Below, piece after piece: positions 24,811 to 37,085 of a DNA stretch of 64,000 nucleotides. Under the pieces are notes generated by a model that did not search any database, was not told the origin of the DNA, and saw only the letters and a list, made by a program, of their open reading frames with translations. A program made the position numbers and the translations under genes. Positions within the stretch are counted from its first letter, which is position 1. Each line of letters begins with the position of its first letter. The DNA lies in NCBI GenBank assembly GCA_036172245.1, contig JAYWIR010000006.1, positions 310,001 to 374,000 of the forward strand. Direction: 5' to 3'. This DNA is from Raillietiella orientalis. Taxonomy: Eukaryota.

Positions 24811-26214
24811 GCGCGTTGTCATGAAGTAGAGGAACGATTCCTGATCTCAGCATTTCACGTCATCGGTTCTGAGTGGCACACCGCAGTTCTGAAGGCGTTT
24901 CACAATAGTCTTGCGAATTGATGGTTGTTCCAGGCTCCATACAGTCCACGAAAAGCACACTCTTTTGGTCCCACGGACACCCGGCAACAGCGTGAAGCTG
25001 CACATCTATCGAAGATAGCTGACGTCCTACGTCCGCATATCATCTCTGCTTCTCTTGACGATGGGTCCTGAATCTTATTTCCTCTTCTCGATTGAGCAAG
25101 CAACGTTTAGGACGATGACCTTGGCTGCCCTTTTGTTGAATGAGGATCATGAAGAAGGGAAGAATCCACAACGGGAGCTCAATGTTTCGCAGATCAGCAA
25201 CTCCCAACATGTCGCGTTCTTCAGCTTCTCAATGATGGCGTCATAGGGACACGCTTCGAGCTGAGGCGGTCTCATTCGACGGCTCAGTACATGAGGAAAG
25301 CCCACATCGGTTCGAAAGCCCACTGCAGCAGCGGTTCTCGGTCTTCCACTTTGCTAAACGTCTTTTGGTTTAGTCTTTCAGCGCGGACGAAGGCATCAGT
25401 AGTGCAACCACTGCAATGCGTGTAGCTGCCACGTAAAGAGAAACATGGAGTTGTCCATAAACATTGAGGGTATTTCTTCCTCTTCAGGAGGAATGTCTAT
25501 CAGTTCCACTCAGGAAGGAATTCCTATGGAGGGCGGCGGGGGTGCATGCGTCAGACAGTTGACGCGCCGTCCAGAATCCCAGCTGCTCCTTTCCCGTGAT
25601 CTGGCCGGATGCATCCCATCTCGAAGGACCCCCGCAATATCCACTTTGTTGTATTGTTCCGAGAGTGGCTGCAAGTGGAATGCTCACTGCTCAGGTGGTC
25701 TTCCTCATGCGGCCCGTGATTTCTAGCTGCGAGCAGCGATCGTAGCTGGAGACTCACACGCACCGCCATGTTTACTGCGAGCTCTTGCCGTTCTTTCCGG
25801 CCACGCCTGAACACTTCTGTTTCCAGAGACAACAGTTAGCGGAGAGGCAGGAAATCCATGTGTTGTCCTGGGCCAAGGGGCAAACTTGCTCGAGCTGGTA
25901 ACTCTCGGTGACCATGCGCGAGAAACCGAACGAGCGCCTCAGCGCCGCCTGCTCGCTTGGCCAAAAGACAGGCTGGGACGGACGAATGACGATACCGACC
26001 TTGGCTGAAAGGGCTGATCTGAGAACTGCAGTTGACTTCCCAACCTCTCCAGAGGGACGGAGTGCAAAAACTGTCTAAAGCAGTACTGAACCAAGGGTTA
26101 CCTTATTACTCACGAAAGAATACGTAAAGGAGCGGAAGCAGGAATGGAAAGGACGAATCGAACTTCGGTGTAGAACATCGCCCACTGTTCGGGTAGGAAT
26201 GGCTTGGCTTACCT

Positions 26215-29200
26215 GCAACAGGGAAAACCGAGATAGTGTGGAAAGCTTGGTTTCCATCGATTGTGGATTGCGGATGCTTCTTGCAACGGCAGAACTCGAG
26301 TGAACTTCGCTAACCTTGCTAACTACTAGTTGGTGCGCCTTGGTGAGCGGAGGGCGGCCAGAAGCCTTCGCATGCGGTGGTGCGGTGAGAATGGGAATCC
26401 GTGTAGGGATTCGCATTGGCTTCGTGCCCCACCCTGCATTAGCGCTAGGTGGTGGTCATCTCCCTCATGCAGCGCGGACTGCAAGAACAGAACTGCAAGC
26501 TTGGGCTTGATATGCTAGCAGTGGTCCCATGCAGTCTGGATTCTGAAAATTTCTTTCGTACCAGTCCTGCATCATTGCAAGCAAGCGTCCTTTATTGGAA
26601 TCCATCGCTTGCGTGAAACGAGGATCGCATGCGGAGAAGGGCACTGCAGCCGTCGACTTGCTGTGTCTCCTTTGGAAACTCCCGTTGGCGCCAATTGTCT
26701 GCTCGTTCGCATCGGAGAGGTTTCCTCGTTGGCTGGGAGCATCGTTCTTCCGACAACGCATCCGATTGCCACTTCTCGTCGATGCTGTTCGTGGTGATTC
26801 AGGAGCGTCTCTCTGCTTTCGGTCGCCTGGCTCGTGTGCTCTCAGCGTATTGCGTACCCACCATTCGATGCATCCAAGCATTGAGAGTATGCGTCCGTTG
26901 GATCGGTGACTTCCAAGGAGCTCTGGTGCACCAGCAACCGTCGCTATGATATCGGATTGCAAGTGTCGAGAAAGAATCGTAATAATGAACGATTGGCTCA
27001 CCGAAGGATTTCCTGATGAAATCCGAAGCTGTGGAGACGGAAGTCGAGTGCTTTTTGCAATGAACGGAGCTTTCGAAATGAAGTGCAAAGACAAACCGCA
27101 ACGCGTGTCCTTTGAATGAATGTTTTTGCATTCTTTCCAGTGCACGAGGTTCCTGCGTTTCATTATGTAATGTACTTGGGAAGGAAGATTGTCGTGGTGT
27201 GAGAATGTACTTTTCCAACAACGATTGCTAGCCAGACAATCTGTAGAATGTCGATCTTAATGTGTGGCAAGTATTATACAAGTTATACAGAGGCTGCCGT
27301 GATGTGCCTGTGAGTAAGGAAAAGCGTACCATCAGCTGGTACGAATTTTCACACTGGAAGAAGCACTTACATGGAGTTGCGTCCGGACGCGCCTCGAGAG
27401 CCCGCAATCTGCAGTGGGCCACATGTTGGGCAGAACAAAGCAGTACCGACATCATGCTGCAGCGATGAAAGACTGCTCAGGTGATAGCGGCAGTTCTTCC
27501 AGAGATGTTTTCAATTACATCGCCTTTCCTGTGTTCGTCGCATGTCATAAGTCTGGAAGATTCCAGAAAGCAGCCGATTGGATGGTCAGTTGCAGCCTGG
27601 CTGTGCGTTTCGCTGCTTCTGCCGGCTGCTTTCGTTTGCTGCCGTCGAATGCTGAAGCGAACGAAGGCTGCGCTCGGATAATTCTCAGGCACTCGGAGGA
27701 CGCGTTGTGGCGCGCGGGGCCAACGAACGAGCGTGGTCGTGAAACGCGATGGGATGCCCACCTGGCGAGGTCTCGCCAGGTGCAGAACACATCCCGGAGG
27801 TGTGCCGTGGATGGCGCCCGCCAGCCTGTTCCGCGACGGAAGCTTGCGTTTGGCAACGTACCTGCCTGCTGCTGCAGGAGGGACGTGTCCAGGGCCGCAG
27901 CCGTTGGCGGCAAGGCACCAGCAACTGCCTTGTGCTGCTGCCTTGCTGGCGCCGAAGACGAGCGGCAAGGTCGGTGGTGCACGAGCGGTGTCGCTTGACG
28001 TTGCCGGAAACAGAGGCTGCCATTTGCTGCTGGGCGGAAGCACCCGTCGCACACTGCTGCAGCTCTTAGAGGTGCGCAGCGACCAGAACGCAAGGTCAGC
28101 CGGAGCTGACTGGCTGCAACCACGAGGGCCTTCCGCTGTCTTCGCTTCAGTGAGGTCAACCCGCAAGAGCGCAGGTGACACGCCCTGCCGAGGAACCGGG
28201 GCGGTACTGGCGCAGCTGCCCGCTGCCAGCGTGCAGGCCCACTTACCTCTGAGCAGAGGTCCGTGGGAGCTGGTCTCCTGCTTCCCAGATCCGGGTGGCA
28301 GCGTGCATGCTAGCAACGAGCTGCCCGTGACGTAGGTGACGACGTGCTCGCGCACTCACCTCAGGGACCGGGGAAACTTCCTGCACCGATTGCGTGGGGG
28401 CTACTTTCTTCACACTTCCAAGGTGGGTTATTTTTTCCGTCGGCATGACGGTGCGGCCGCAGGGGCCTCGGCGCGCTTCCGCGCCCAGCCGGCCCACTGC
28501 TTCGGGTGGGTGCAAGCGGCGGTCGCCCGAGAGCCGAGCGCTGGCTGCGAGGCCGCACACCAGCTAGGCGAACGCGGGAGGGATGGAGGGGAGGGACGCA
28601 CGCGCTCCGCGGGCAAGGGGGAGGGGCAGGGAAGGGGGATGATGGGTGGGGGCAAGCCGATCCGAGCTGGTTGGCGTCAAGCGGCTCGAGTGGCACAAAC
28701 AAACCACGAGCACGAACAAACCGAGCTGCGCGCAAGGGGAACGCGAGCGCAGCAGCGAAGCGACAACACCTAGACGAAGAGGTAGCGGATGTCCCACAGG
28801 ACGTCGTCTTCCTCCCGTTCCGTTTCCAAGCCGACGAGCTGGACCTCGACGAAAGAGACTCGCTCGGAGCGCGGGGTGTGGGCGGAGGTGGCGGAGGTGG
28901 TGCGTCGCGGCGGCGCTTCGTCCCCAAGCACGGACAGATCCTCGAAAAGAAGCGTAGCAAGCGTTTGCCGAAGCGCATGGCTGGCTCGTCTTTCCCAAGG
29001 GGGGCTCAATCCGAATGGCAGTCAAGAATGGCGTCGCCCTGGAAACCACGCCTGGACCCTGCAGGCCCCGTGGCGCAGGCGCCGGCATACAGGTGCGCGT
29101 ACGCGGGGCAGCAGCCAGCTGACCACCGACCAGGAAGCACGTCTGGTGGCGGACGGTCTACCAGCGAACAGGAGCAAGGCTGAAAGAGGAGAAGGAAGCA

Positions 29201-29716
29201 ACGGGTGCGGGGGGCAACTGGGGAGCTGAACCATCCCTTTCTGGGCAATGCGGAAAAAGAGGAAGGTGTTCATGAGCCGAAAGGCAATCCGAGTCGCTGA
29301 AATGCATAACGGTAAGCTTTGCGGCCCTTTGCTTGGCGATTGAACGCAACAGCACGTTCCAACTTTACGATTGCCGTGCAGGAAGTACATAAAGTGCAAG
29401 TCAGGCCAGGAATCGAGGAATCTGGCGTTTGGCTTGAAGGTGAAAAGGGAACGTTTGCAAGGTAGCGTTGCCTTGACCATGCGGCTTCGAGTGCTGTAAG
29501 AAATCATCCGGCGCATGCACTTCCTGCCCAATTCTCGACTCTGCCGTTTATAGCTGCTGGAAGTGCTTTGCATGAACTTCGAGCTCCACGTTTTGCGAGC
29601 GACGTGTTGATGGTGCACGGAGGCGTCCATTCATTTCAGCACTCCCGAGTGAATTGGGGAGACCTGTTTTTTGCAGATTCCTACTTTTTATTGAATCCCT
29701 GTTTCCATCGTGCTAC
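26215..29716 (-). repeat. Block B2: partial inverted copy of B1 (19399-~22915)
   Basis: Mirrored ORFs (e.g. 21951-22649 vs 26465-27163). The copy ends abruptly at 29716, next to the SPR fragment. Confidence 0.95.
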
Positions 29717-29719
29717 ATT

Positions 29720-29810
29720 TTCTTACGTGTGAACATTCAGTAAACTTTTAAGTTTACTGACAAGCAGCAGCTTTGAGTTTGGGTGTCATGTTGATTATTT
29801 TGATAATTGA
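29720..29810 (+). pseudogene. SPR: 5'-truncated SPR fragment (last ~30 codons, 4-nt deletion)
   Basis: ttcttacgtgtgaa...catgttgattattttgataattga matches SPR LTCE...HVDYFDN*, with a frameshift after LTCE. Confidence 0.9.
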
Positions 29811-30937
29811 AGCGGAGAAGTGCATTTCCTTGTTATCATAAAGAAATGGCTTTGTAATTTAAGTGCTTAGTGGCATCATTTTTGTTACTTTGAATGTGCT
29901 GGCTCTTTGAGTAGTGCCAGATGTTGCAAAGTTTTAGCATCCATGTCTTTTTGGTTAAGGAAAGATGAAATGTCACATTCCATTCCATGCATTTGTGTTT
30001 CTGTCAGCATTGTTCATTGGTCTGTGCTGTCATTGCTCCATGCATGCTTTTTTGTCATGCTGTGCATTGACTGCCCTCGTCTGAATGTACTTTGAAGTTG
30101 ATTTTGCTTCTGGATACTTTGAATGCATGATATGGTGCCGTTTACTCTAAATTACTATATTTTTACAGTTTACTAAATTTTATGTTGAGAAACTAAAGCT
30201 TCTGTTTATGGCAAAGGTTGTTTGGTTTAATTGGTGTGCTGATCATGTATGAGTGATGCATTTAATATGCTCCCCATAGGGAACATTGTTTTTTCATGTC
30301 TGCTTAGTTGAGTTCATGTAGGGCTGCTGAATGTTTTCAACATTTGGAAAGGTGGAGAAAGGGTTCTGCATGGAAATGTGAATGCCTTCTGAATTGGTTT
30401 CTAGGGTGTATTTGAGGATTGTGAACTAGTAGCATTCATGGAGTAATTGATATGCTTGTGATGTTTCTGATGATCACTTGGTATATGTTAGGAGCATTTT
30501 GAGGTGCTTGGTGTTAGGTGAACTTTTGGCATCTTAGGAAGGTTGCCACAACATTTTTGGTGTTGGTTGAAAGGCATTGCATTTAGGAAAAAACGAAAGT
30601 TTATTGGAATCAGATTGACAAGAATCAATGACATACTTTGGTTGCTTGCTGAGTAGTTTCTTGTATTATTGCTAGCATTTAACTTGTTGAGCATTGCAAT
30701 TAGTTGTCTTGCTGTTATCCATCAGTGAGGTGTCCTACTTCCGTTTTTGAGAAAAAGTTAAAAGTAAAAACTTTTGTTAATATGCTTAGGTAAGGAGAGT
30801 GTTTTTGGCTGGTGCTGTGAAAGTGGGCACGAACCTTTTCTTGAACACTTCAAGTTCGCATTCATGTTATGTAAACCTGGAAAAGGCGGAAAGAAATGTA
30901 AGGTTAATTATATAAAAATGCATGGTCCGTAAAAAAA
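29720..30937. repeat. Segment A': inverted duplicate of 4319-5539
   Basis: Reverse-complement alignment with scattered substitutions. Homology ends at an A7/T7 run. Confidence 0.95.
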
Positions 30938-31779
30938 TGCAATTTCTGATGTTATCCATCTGTAACAGGAACCAGATGTTGGTGTGAACATGGAAAAACT
31001 GAAAGCTAACTAGATGTTAAAATATATAGCAAAAGTGGGCTTAATCAAAAAATCAAAGGAATAGTGAATCATGGTAGGATTAGCTATTTGAGTTCTAGAT
31101 GCTTTTAGTACTTGATGTGACTACAGACATTCATTCTCATTATGTTTCATTTTGTAGTAAATTTTTGAATTGCACAGAAAGACTGCTTGTATCTCGAGAA
31201 GTAGCTGTTTCCTGAAACTTGCCCCTACATCAAAATAAAGTCCTTGATCACTGGTCTATCAGTTACAAAGCTTCAAAGTTTAAAATGTTGGATAATTAAT
31301 CAAGATGCTGCACAGTCAGATATGTTTCCTATGTTCTCAGGTTATACAGATATCATTGCAAATGTTTTGTTTAATCGATGGAAGTTTCATTTCTTCACTT
31401 AATATGTGTGCAACTAACCTGAACTCAATCAGTTAAACATGGAATATTTGATTAAAAAAAAACAATTTGTAAGTTGCAAAAGGCCACATACACTCTTTCA
31501 TAAATGGCAGTTTTGTAAATATAATTGCATTGCAACATTGTTCCAAGAACACAGTACAGCAGTCATTCAGAATACCTACAGTAGGATCTTTGTTCATCTC
31601 AAAAACTATAAAGACATAGAAAATGAAAAAACATGTAATACATCCCATTAAATTTTAAATAAATTTTCCTTGGTAGACAAATGGCTAAAGCAGATGACAA
31701 TGTGAGAAATATTCTGTATGGAATAATTTCCCCAAAGTTCTTGAGTCACTCCACCTCAGTAATATCTATATGATCACAA

Positions 31780-33378
31780 TCAGGTGGAAGTCCCAAACAC
31801 TGGATTATATCTACAGATGCTTGGTCCAAATTCCTCATACTGCTGCTTTGTGTGGCACACTGTCAAAAACTCTGGCTGCAAATGAAACAAGATGAATGAA
31901 CAAAGGTCATCACAGTGCTACCATTTCAGCAAGTAAGCTGCCTCCAAACCAAACAGCATATCTCTGCATGTTATGGGAAATCACTTTAACATCAATGGGT
32001 GTTGGCTGTTCAGAAAAGTGTGACAGCTGTATTAACTATTTTTAGACATACCTGTATGGTGTCATCCCCTCTGGGTTCATTCAATTTTAGCCGTGCATCT
32101 ACAAGACGCTTCAGATCTCGTTGCAACCTGAGCTCAAAATGACGAAACATGGTAGAACCCCCAGACAAAACAATGTTGTTGTAGAGGGGACGCCGCACAT
32201 CTACAGGACAGTTCTGAATCACCTCGTCAACTACTTCTGATATGGAAGTGGTGAAATCAGGATTTGAAAGCTATGGGGAACACAGATAAACACTAATAAG
32301 ATGCATATACCTTACCTCAGGATGAAAAAATATCTCTGGTCCTAAAAACCGTTCATACCCAACATCAATTGTGAATGGTTCCTTTGTTACAGAATTGATG
32401 CCTGTGTATTGCTTCATCCACTTGGAAGGGTCGAAATCATATTTCTGGAATTCCTTTGCCAAATCTGGGCAGATGTAACAATGTCGTTCTTTGATAATCT
32501 TTGCAGTTTCCAAAGACTGTTCAGGAGGAATACCTCCTTCCCTCTCCCTTAATAGAGTTTGGATAAAGGAAGTGATGTTGCGTCCAGCAACAGGTATGTG
32601 CTTGATGCAGCTACCAATCACAAATCCATCAGCCTGAAATGAACAGGATTATCATTTGAGGGAAGGCAAGGAGAGAAGGTAATGGAAACACAGGATGAGA
32701 GCACTCACAACAGGAATAATGTGAGTCACACCATCTCCACTATCCAATACACAGCCAGTCAAGGAAGGTTTGCACACATCCTTGCATGTCCAAGATGCAG
32801 CCATAGCCAGGACTGCTTGCACAGCAATGTACAGTCCAGGAACATTGAAGGTTTCAAACATGATTTCTGGTAACTCCATGGTACTGAAGTTCCAAAAAAT
32901 TTCACAAAACATTTACCAGCAGTATATTCCCGATTCTCAGGGGTATTTAGAGGAGGTTCTGTCAAGAGAAAGTAATGATCTTCTGGTTCCACATGAAGAT
33001 ATTTGAAAATGCATTGTTTCCAAAACTTTTCCATGAGATCCCAATCTTCAATTAATCCATGTCTTACAGGGTACTTCAGAAAATTTATCAGCTCATTTGA
33101 TAATTCTATTCACAAACCTTGATGGAATAACCTTTTGCTTCAAATGCCTCATCTCCAATGAAGAAATCCAAATCATCAACACCCTTGGTTAGCTGATCAC
33201 CAACTTTTGCTGTCTCTTTAACTGCAATAACTGAAGGCACGATGAACTGGGGCTCTCTGTTTCCTGCAAATCCTAGCTTTGTATAGCTGAAAATATTCTC
33301 TACATTTACATGACAGTAATATGTAAGTACACACCCTGTGCCATTATCAATGACACATGCTGTATAACGATCTACCAT
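31780..33378 (-). CDS. ARP3: Actin-related protein 3 (Arp2/3 complex), 8 exons, 414 aa
   Basis: Exons 33378-33335, 33286-33118, 33073-32917, 32866-32709, 32633-32316, 32270-32052, 32005-31922 and 31875-31780 sum to 1245 nt. All introns are GT-AG (44-75 nt) and phase-consistent. Motifs include [52 protein letters not shown] and [10 protein letters not shown]. Confidence 0.97.
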
Positions 33379-36329
33379 TCTGAATGCAGGCTGAAGGAAC
33401 TAGTTGTGAATTCAGATATACAAATCAAAGGACTTCTAGGGTTGGAAATTGAAATCAATTAGGAACATAGTCAACATGTACTATACAATGATACAAAACT
33501 TTCATTAGTGAGTACAATACATCATCATTACCGATATATTTGAAAAGTACCAAAGTTAATAATAAAAACATTTCCAAAATTCACAGCAAAATGTTCAAGA
33601 ATGGGTTGGGTGGCATATGCTTTTTAAGAACCAAAATAATACTTACAACTGACGAACATGCACACAATTTCAAAAAACCATTTTAAATTACGAGATTCTA
33701 TCCAAAAATTCCAGTCTTAAAAGTGAAAACTCGGTCTGAGGGATCTAATGGGGAAACTCTTTAATCCACAAATCCCAAATCAAAACTACACGAAAAAATA
33801 ATCCGAACTTACTACTTCGAGATTCTAACTAATGCCAGTGTTCAATACTTGTCATTTGCAAAGTCGTAAATGGCTGAAGGAATCTTTATTTCTAAAGCAA
33901 ACACAAAAATATCGCACTTGATCCTCTACTAGTTTCAAACCATCGAAACCGGCAGAACCAACACACAACCGTAATCCCTCCAGGATGTTTTCACATTTCG
34001 ACGTGCAGTCACGTGTGCCTCCAGGGATCGTGGGCCGTGATTGAGTCACTCCCTCCGGAGAGATGGGTTCAAAGGGTTCAGCAAGTGCTGCATCCTTTGA
34101 ATCGGAAAGTCCGGCGGGTTCACCCAACGGATTCAGAAAAAAATCCCTACAGCGAACCCTAGATGAGACGTTCGAGAGGAAAACCATGTCTTCAGATTCA
34201 AAACATGGACATATAAAGCAGCACACATGCACACGAACTTGCTTTCCCTACCACGTGTGGTGTGAGCCACCACATCGAGTAATGATAGTTTGACCTGCCA
34301 CATGAAATCGAGTGAATCTTTCACTGGCGGGATGCATAAGCTACAACTTTTTTTTTTATATATATTAAAGAAGAATTTTTCATTTTCAAATTCATTTTTT
34401 GAGCACAAATCAATAACAGAACCGTATATTTAAATCGATTGTGTATTTTGTGGTTTGGGAACCCTTGGGCTAACGGCATAAAGCTTGAGTGAGCGAGATA
34501 AGCTTATCTACGCTCGTGTACTGTCTTTTTTAAAAAAAAAACACAGAGAGAGAGACAGGAAATGTTGACACTTTTCTACGCACAGAAGTCGAAAAGAAAT
34601 AATCAAAGTTTAAACCTTTAGGAGTTTATTTGCAATGATACTGAGGCTTTCGAAAGACTTTCAAATTCGGTTCTGCATCCAACTTATATATATTGGAAAA
34701 AAACGTAAGTTGTTGCAACCTCATTGTGATGGCAAACCGAGGTGGACACAACTTTTGAAAATGAAATTTTAGTCCAATGTACTGACAGATAAGTAAATTC
34801 AAGCACTTCCACACCAATTTTAGTAGCTTGAGGTGGTCTTGGCATCAGAATGAGCAGAGTTAGTAATAGAAACGTTCTGTTTAAATAAAGTGTACAAACA
34901 CGCAATGAACACAACACTTTATACCATATGCATGTAAATGAATATCAATGTTTTCTAAATATGAAAGAAGTCCCACTGTACATTTCAAAATCTCAACGTA
35001 AAAGAGACCAATGAGGAACGAACCAAATTTTCAGTTTTTATTAGAAACTGCAAAGAGAAAAACAGGCGAGCAAGAACTTGCAGGATGCCTCCTCAGGATG
35101 GAATATCAAAAACCTAAAAATGAATTGGCGAGAACAAAAAATCTACAAAGATGTGTTGGTCTGCACTTCTATCCTGCAGGAAACAACTACTTGTCTGAGT
35201 GGAATTCTATAACATGTGCATTCCTTTGTATTTAGTATCTTGTCTTTTACTGCGTGTTGCACATCTTTCGAGATCTCCCGCCATGTGACAATGAATGAAT
35301 TTGAAAATTTGCATATGTGGCGAGTATGTCTATCTATGAGGGTGTGTAGTACATGGCTTCTCCATTCAGGGCAGAGTGTTTCAGCTTTACGTTCTTTTTA
35401 AATCCAATCAAAACACACTGCAGTAATGGAATTTTTGAAAATCTATTCAATCTTGAGATCCTTTCGCACTCACTACGAAATGCCGGAAATGTCGTCCCCT
35501 CTTTTTCTAAGTACCAGTTTTGAAATGTTTTCTGAATATGGTTTCTGATATGGTTGAACTATGAAACCACTTATTTTCTCTCGTGAAAGCGCCTAAAAGT
35601 CTGAGGGAAAATGCTCTGATGAGCAATGTTAAGAGTTAATTCAAATATAGTAAATGAGACATTGCGGCTGACAAGATGTAAAATTGCTTGTTTCAGGAGT
35701 TCTACTTGCTGCAAGCTCCGAAAAAATGATCGCTCTAGGTAAATGAGATGGTTAACAGCTGCTGACAGTTTTCCCCAAGATATAGCTACGTATGTCTTTT
35801 CACATTGTCGAAAAGCATATGTAAATTCTCAAATTGGATTTCAAAGTTCTTTCTTTTCATTTCTTTAGGTTACTGACAAACTGGAAATGCTGATGGCAGC
35901 CCAATTCTCTATTCAGTGTTTAAAAAATTATTTTTCCTGTTCGTCTGGCCATATCCAAAACAAATCACCAGAAGGGTTTGTGGGATCACCACGTACCATT
36001 GGGCGAGTTAATGTTTCACTCAGTCAAACTTCACATCAGTAATGAAATGCAAAGAAAAACTCCGTCATTCATTTGCAGTTTATGCCAATGAAGAGTTACA
36101 GTAAAGAGCTGCACTTCAACATCACTCGTAGGTTTCAGTTCAGATCTGGCAATCTTGTTGGTGAAGGACGTAATAGCAGTAGGATTCTTTTCGAGAAGTA
36201 CACCACAAATAAATAAAAAATTCAAATGGATGCCACTCCCAAATCTCTTTTTCTTGTGCTAAAACCATGTCCAATCTTCATGGATTAAAAGAGAAATTCT
36301 TCCTCTTCTGCTATTGCTCGTTGTTGTAG

Positions 36330-36725
36330 AGTAATAGCGTCGTCTGGAGGATTCCCTTGATGGTGCGTCCAGTTGGTGTCCCTACTGTACTAGATACAGG
36401 AGGCCACCATCAATTGCCTCATTGTGACCGCATATCTCTTCGGGATATCCAACTCACGAATGACCCCATCGTTCCGTGGGTCCCCCAATCCTAGTGAACC
36501 TACAATACATGTACTAACTTGAGCCTGAAGACCTTTTCTCGTAAACAGCAAAGCCATCTCCGAGTACTTGGTTTCCTTTTCCGATCTTGTGAGCCTGAAT
36601 ACCTCTTCCTTATTTTCTAAAGAACAGGAGAGTTCGAGGGTAAATGTCCGATTTGCCTGCAGCAACACCAGATCCGGTCTTTAGTTGGAACCGAACCCAG
36701 GTACAGTCTTGTTAGGAGACAATCG
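36330..36725 (-). mobile_element. RLE endonuclease 3' fragment of an R2/NeSL/Utopia-like retrotransposon
   Basis: RPDLVLL...LELSCSLEN...EKETKY...IVGSLG..DPRND..IRELDIPKRYAVTMRQLMVASCI*YSRD, with in-frame stops. Confidence 0.85.
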
Positions 36726-36894
36726 CGAGGATTTCTTTATAAAGAGAAGGATGTTATAAGTATAGCAGGGATGGCTCTTCAGCATCTTCCATTCTTTTTT
36801 TCTTTGTAGCCTTATGATATTACTATTTTATGGTTTTGTCTTAATTTAGGAAGCGTAGCCATTCAACCGCTGCACCAGTCTTCTCCCTCCAGAA

Positions 36895-37085
36895 CTACTG
36901 CACCCTGTCGTCCAGCCGCTGACCCAATCGATGCGTCGAATATATGTCTCGGCTGTAACTGATACCGGATGCAACCATTAAATCTGCCATTTTCCTGGAG
37001 TAAGATCTGCAAATGCCAAGATCTCGAAAGACTCTATCATTTTTAGGATACCATGCTCGAAGGGACCCTACAACTATGTCGTGAT
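36895..37085 (-). mobile_element. Second, divergent RLE C-terminal fragment
   Basis: IVVGSLRAWYPKNDRVFRDLGICRSYSRKMADLMVASGISYSRDIYSTH...* followed by an A-rich tail. Confidence 0.8.

Noticed and set aside
22915..26215. Both inner spacers (B1/B2 and B3/B4) are ~3.3 kb
   Set aside because: The spacers show no visible homology, so I treat this as coincidence.
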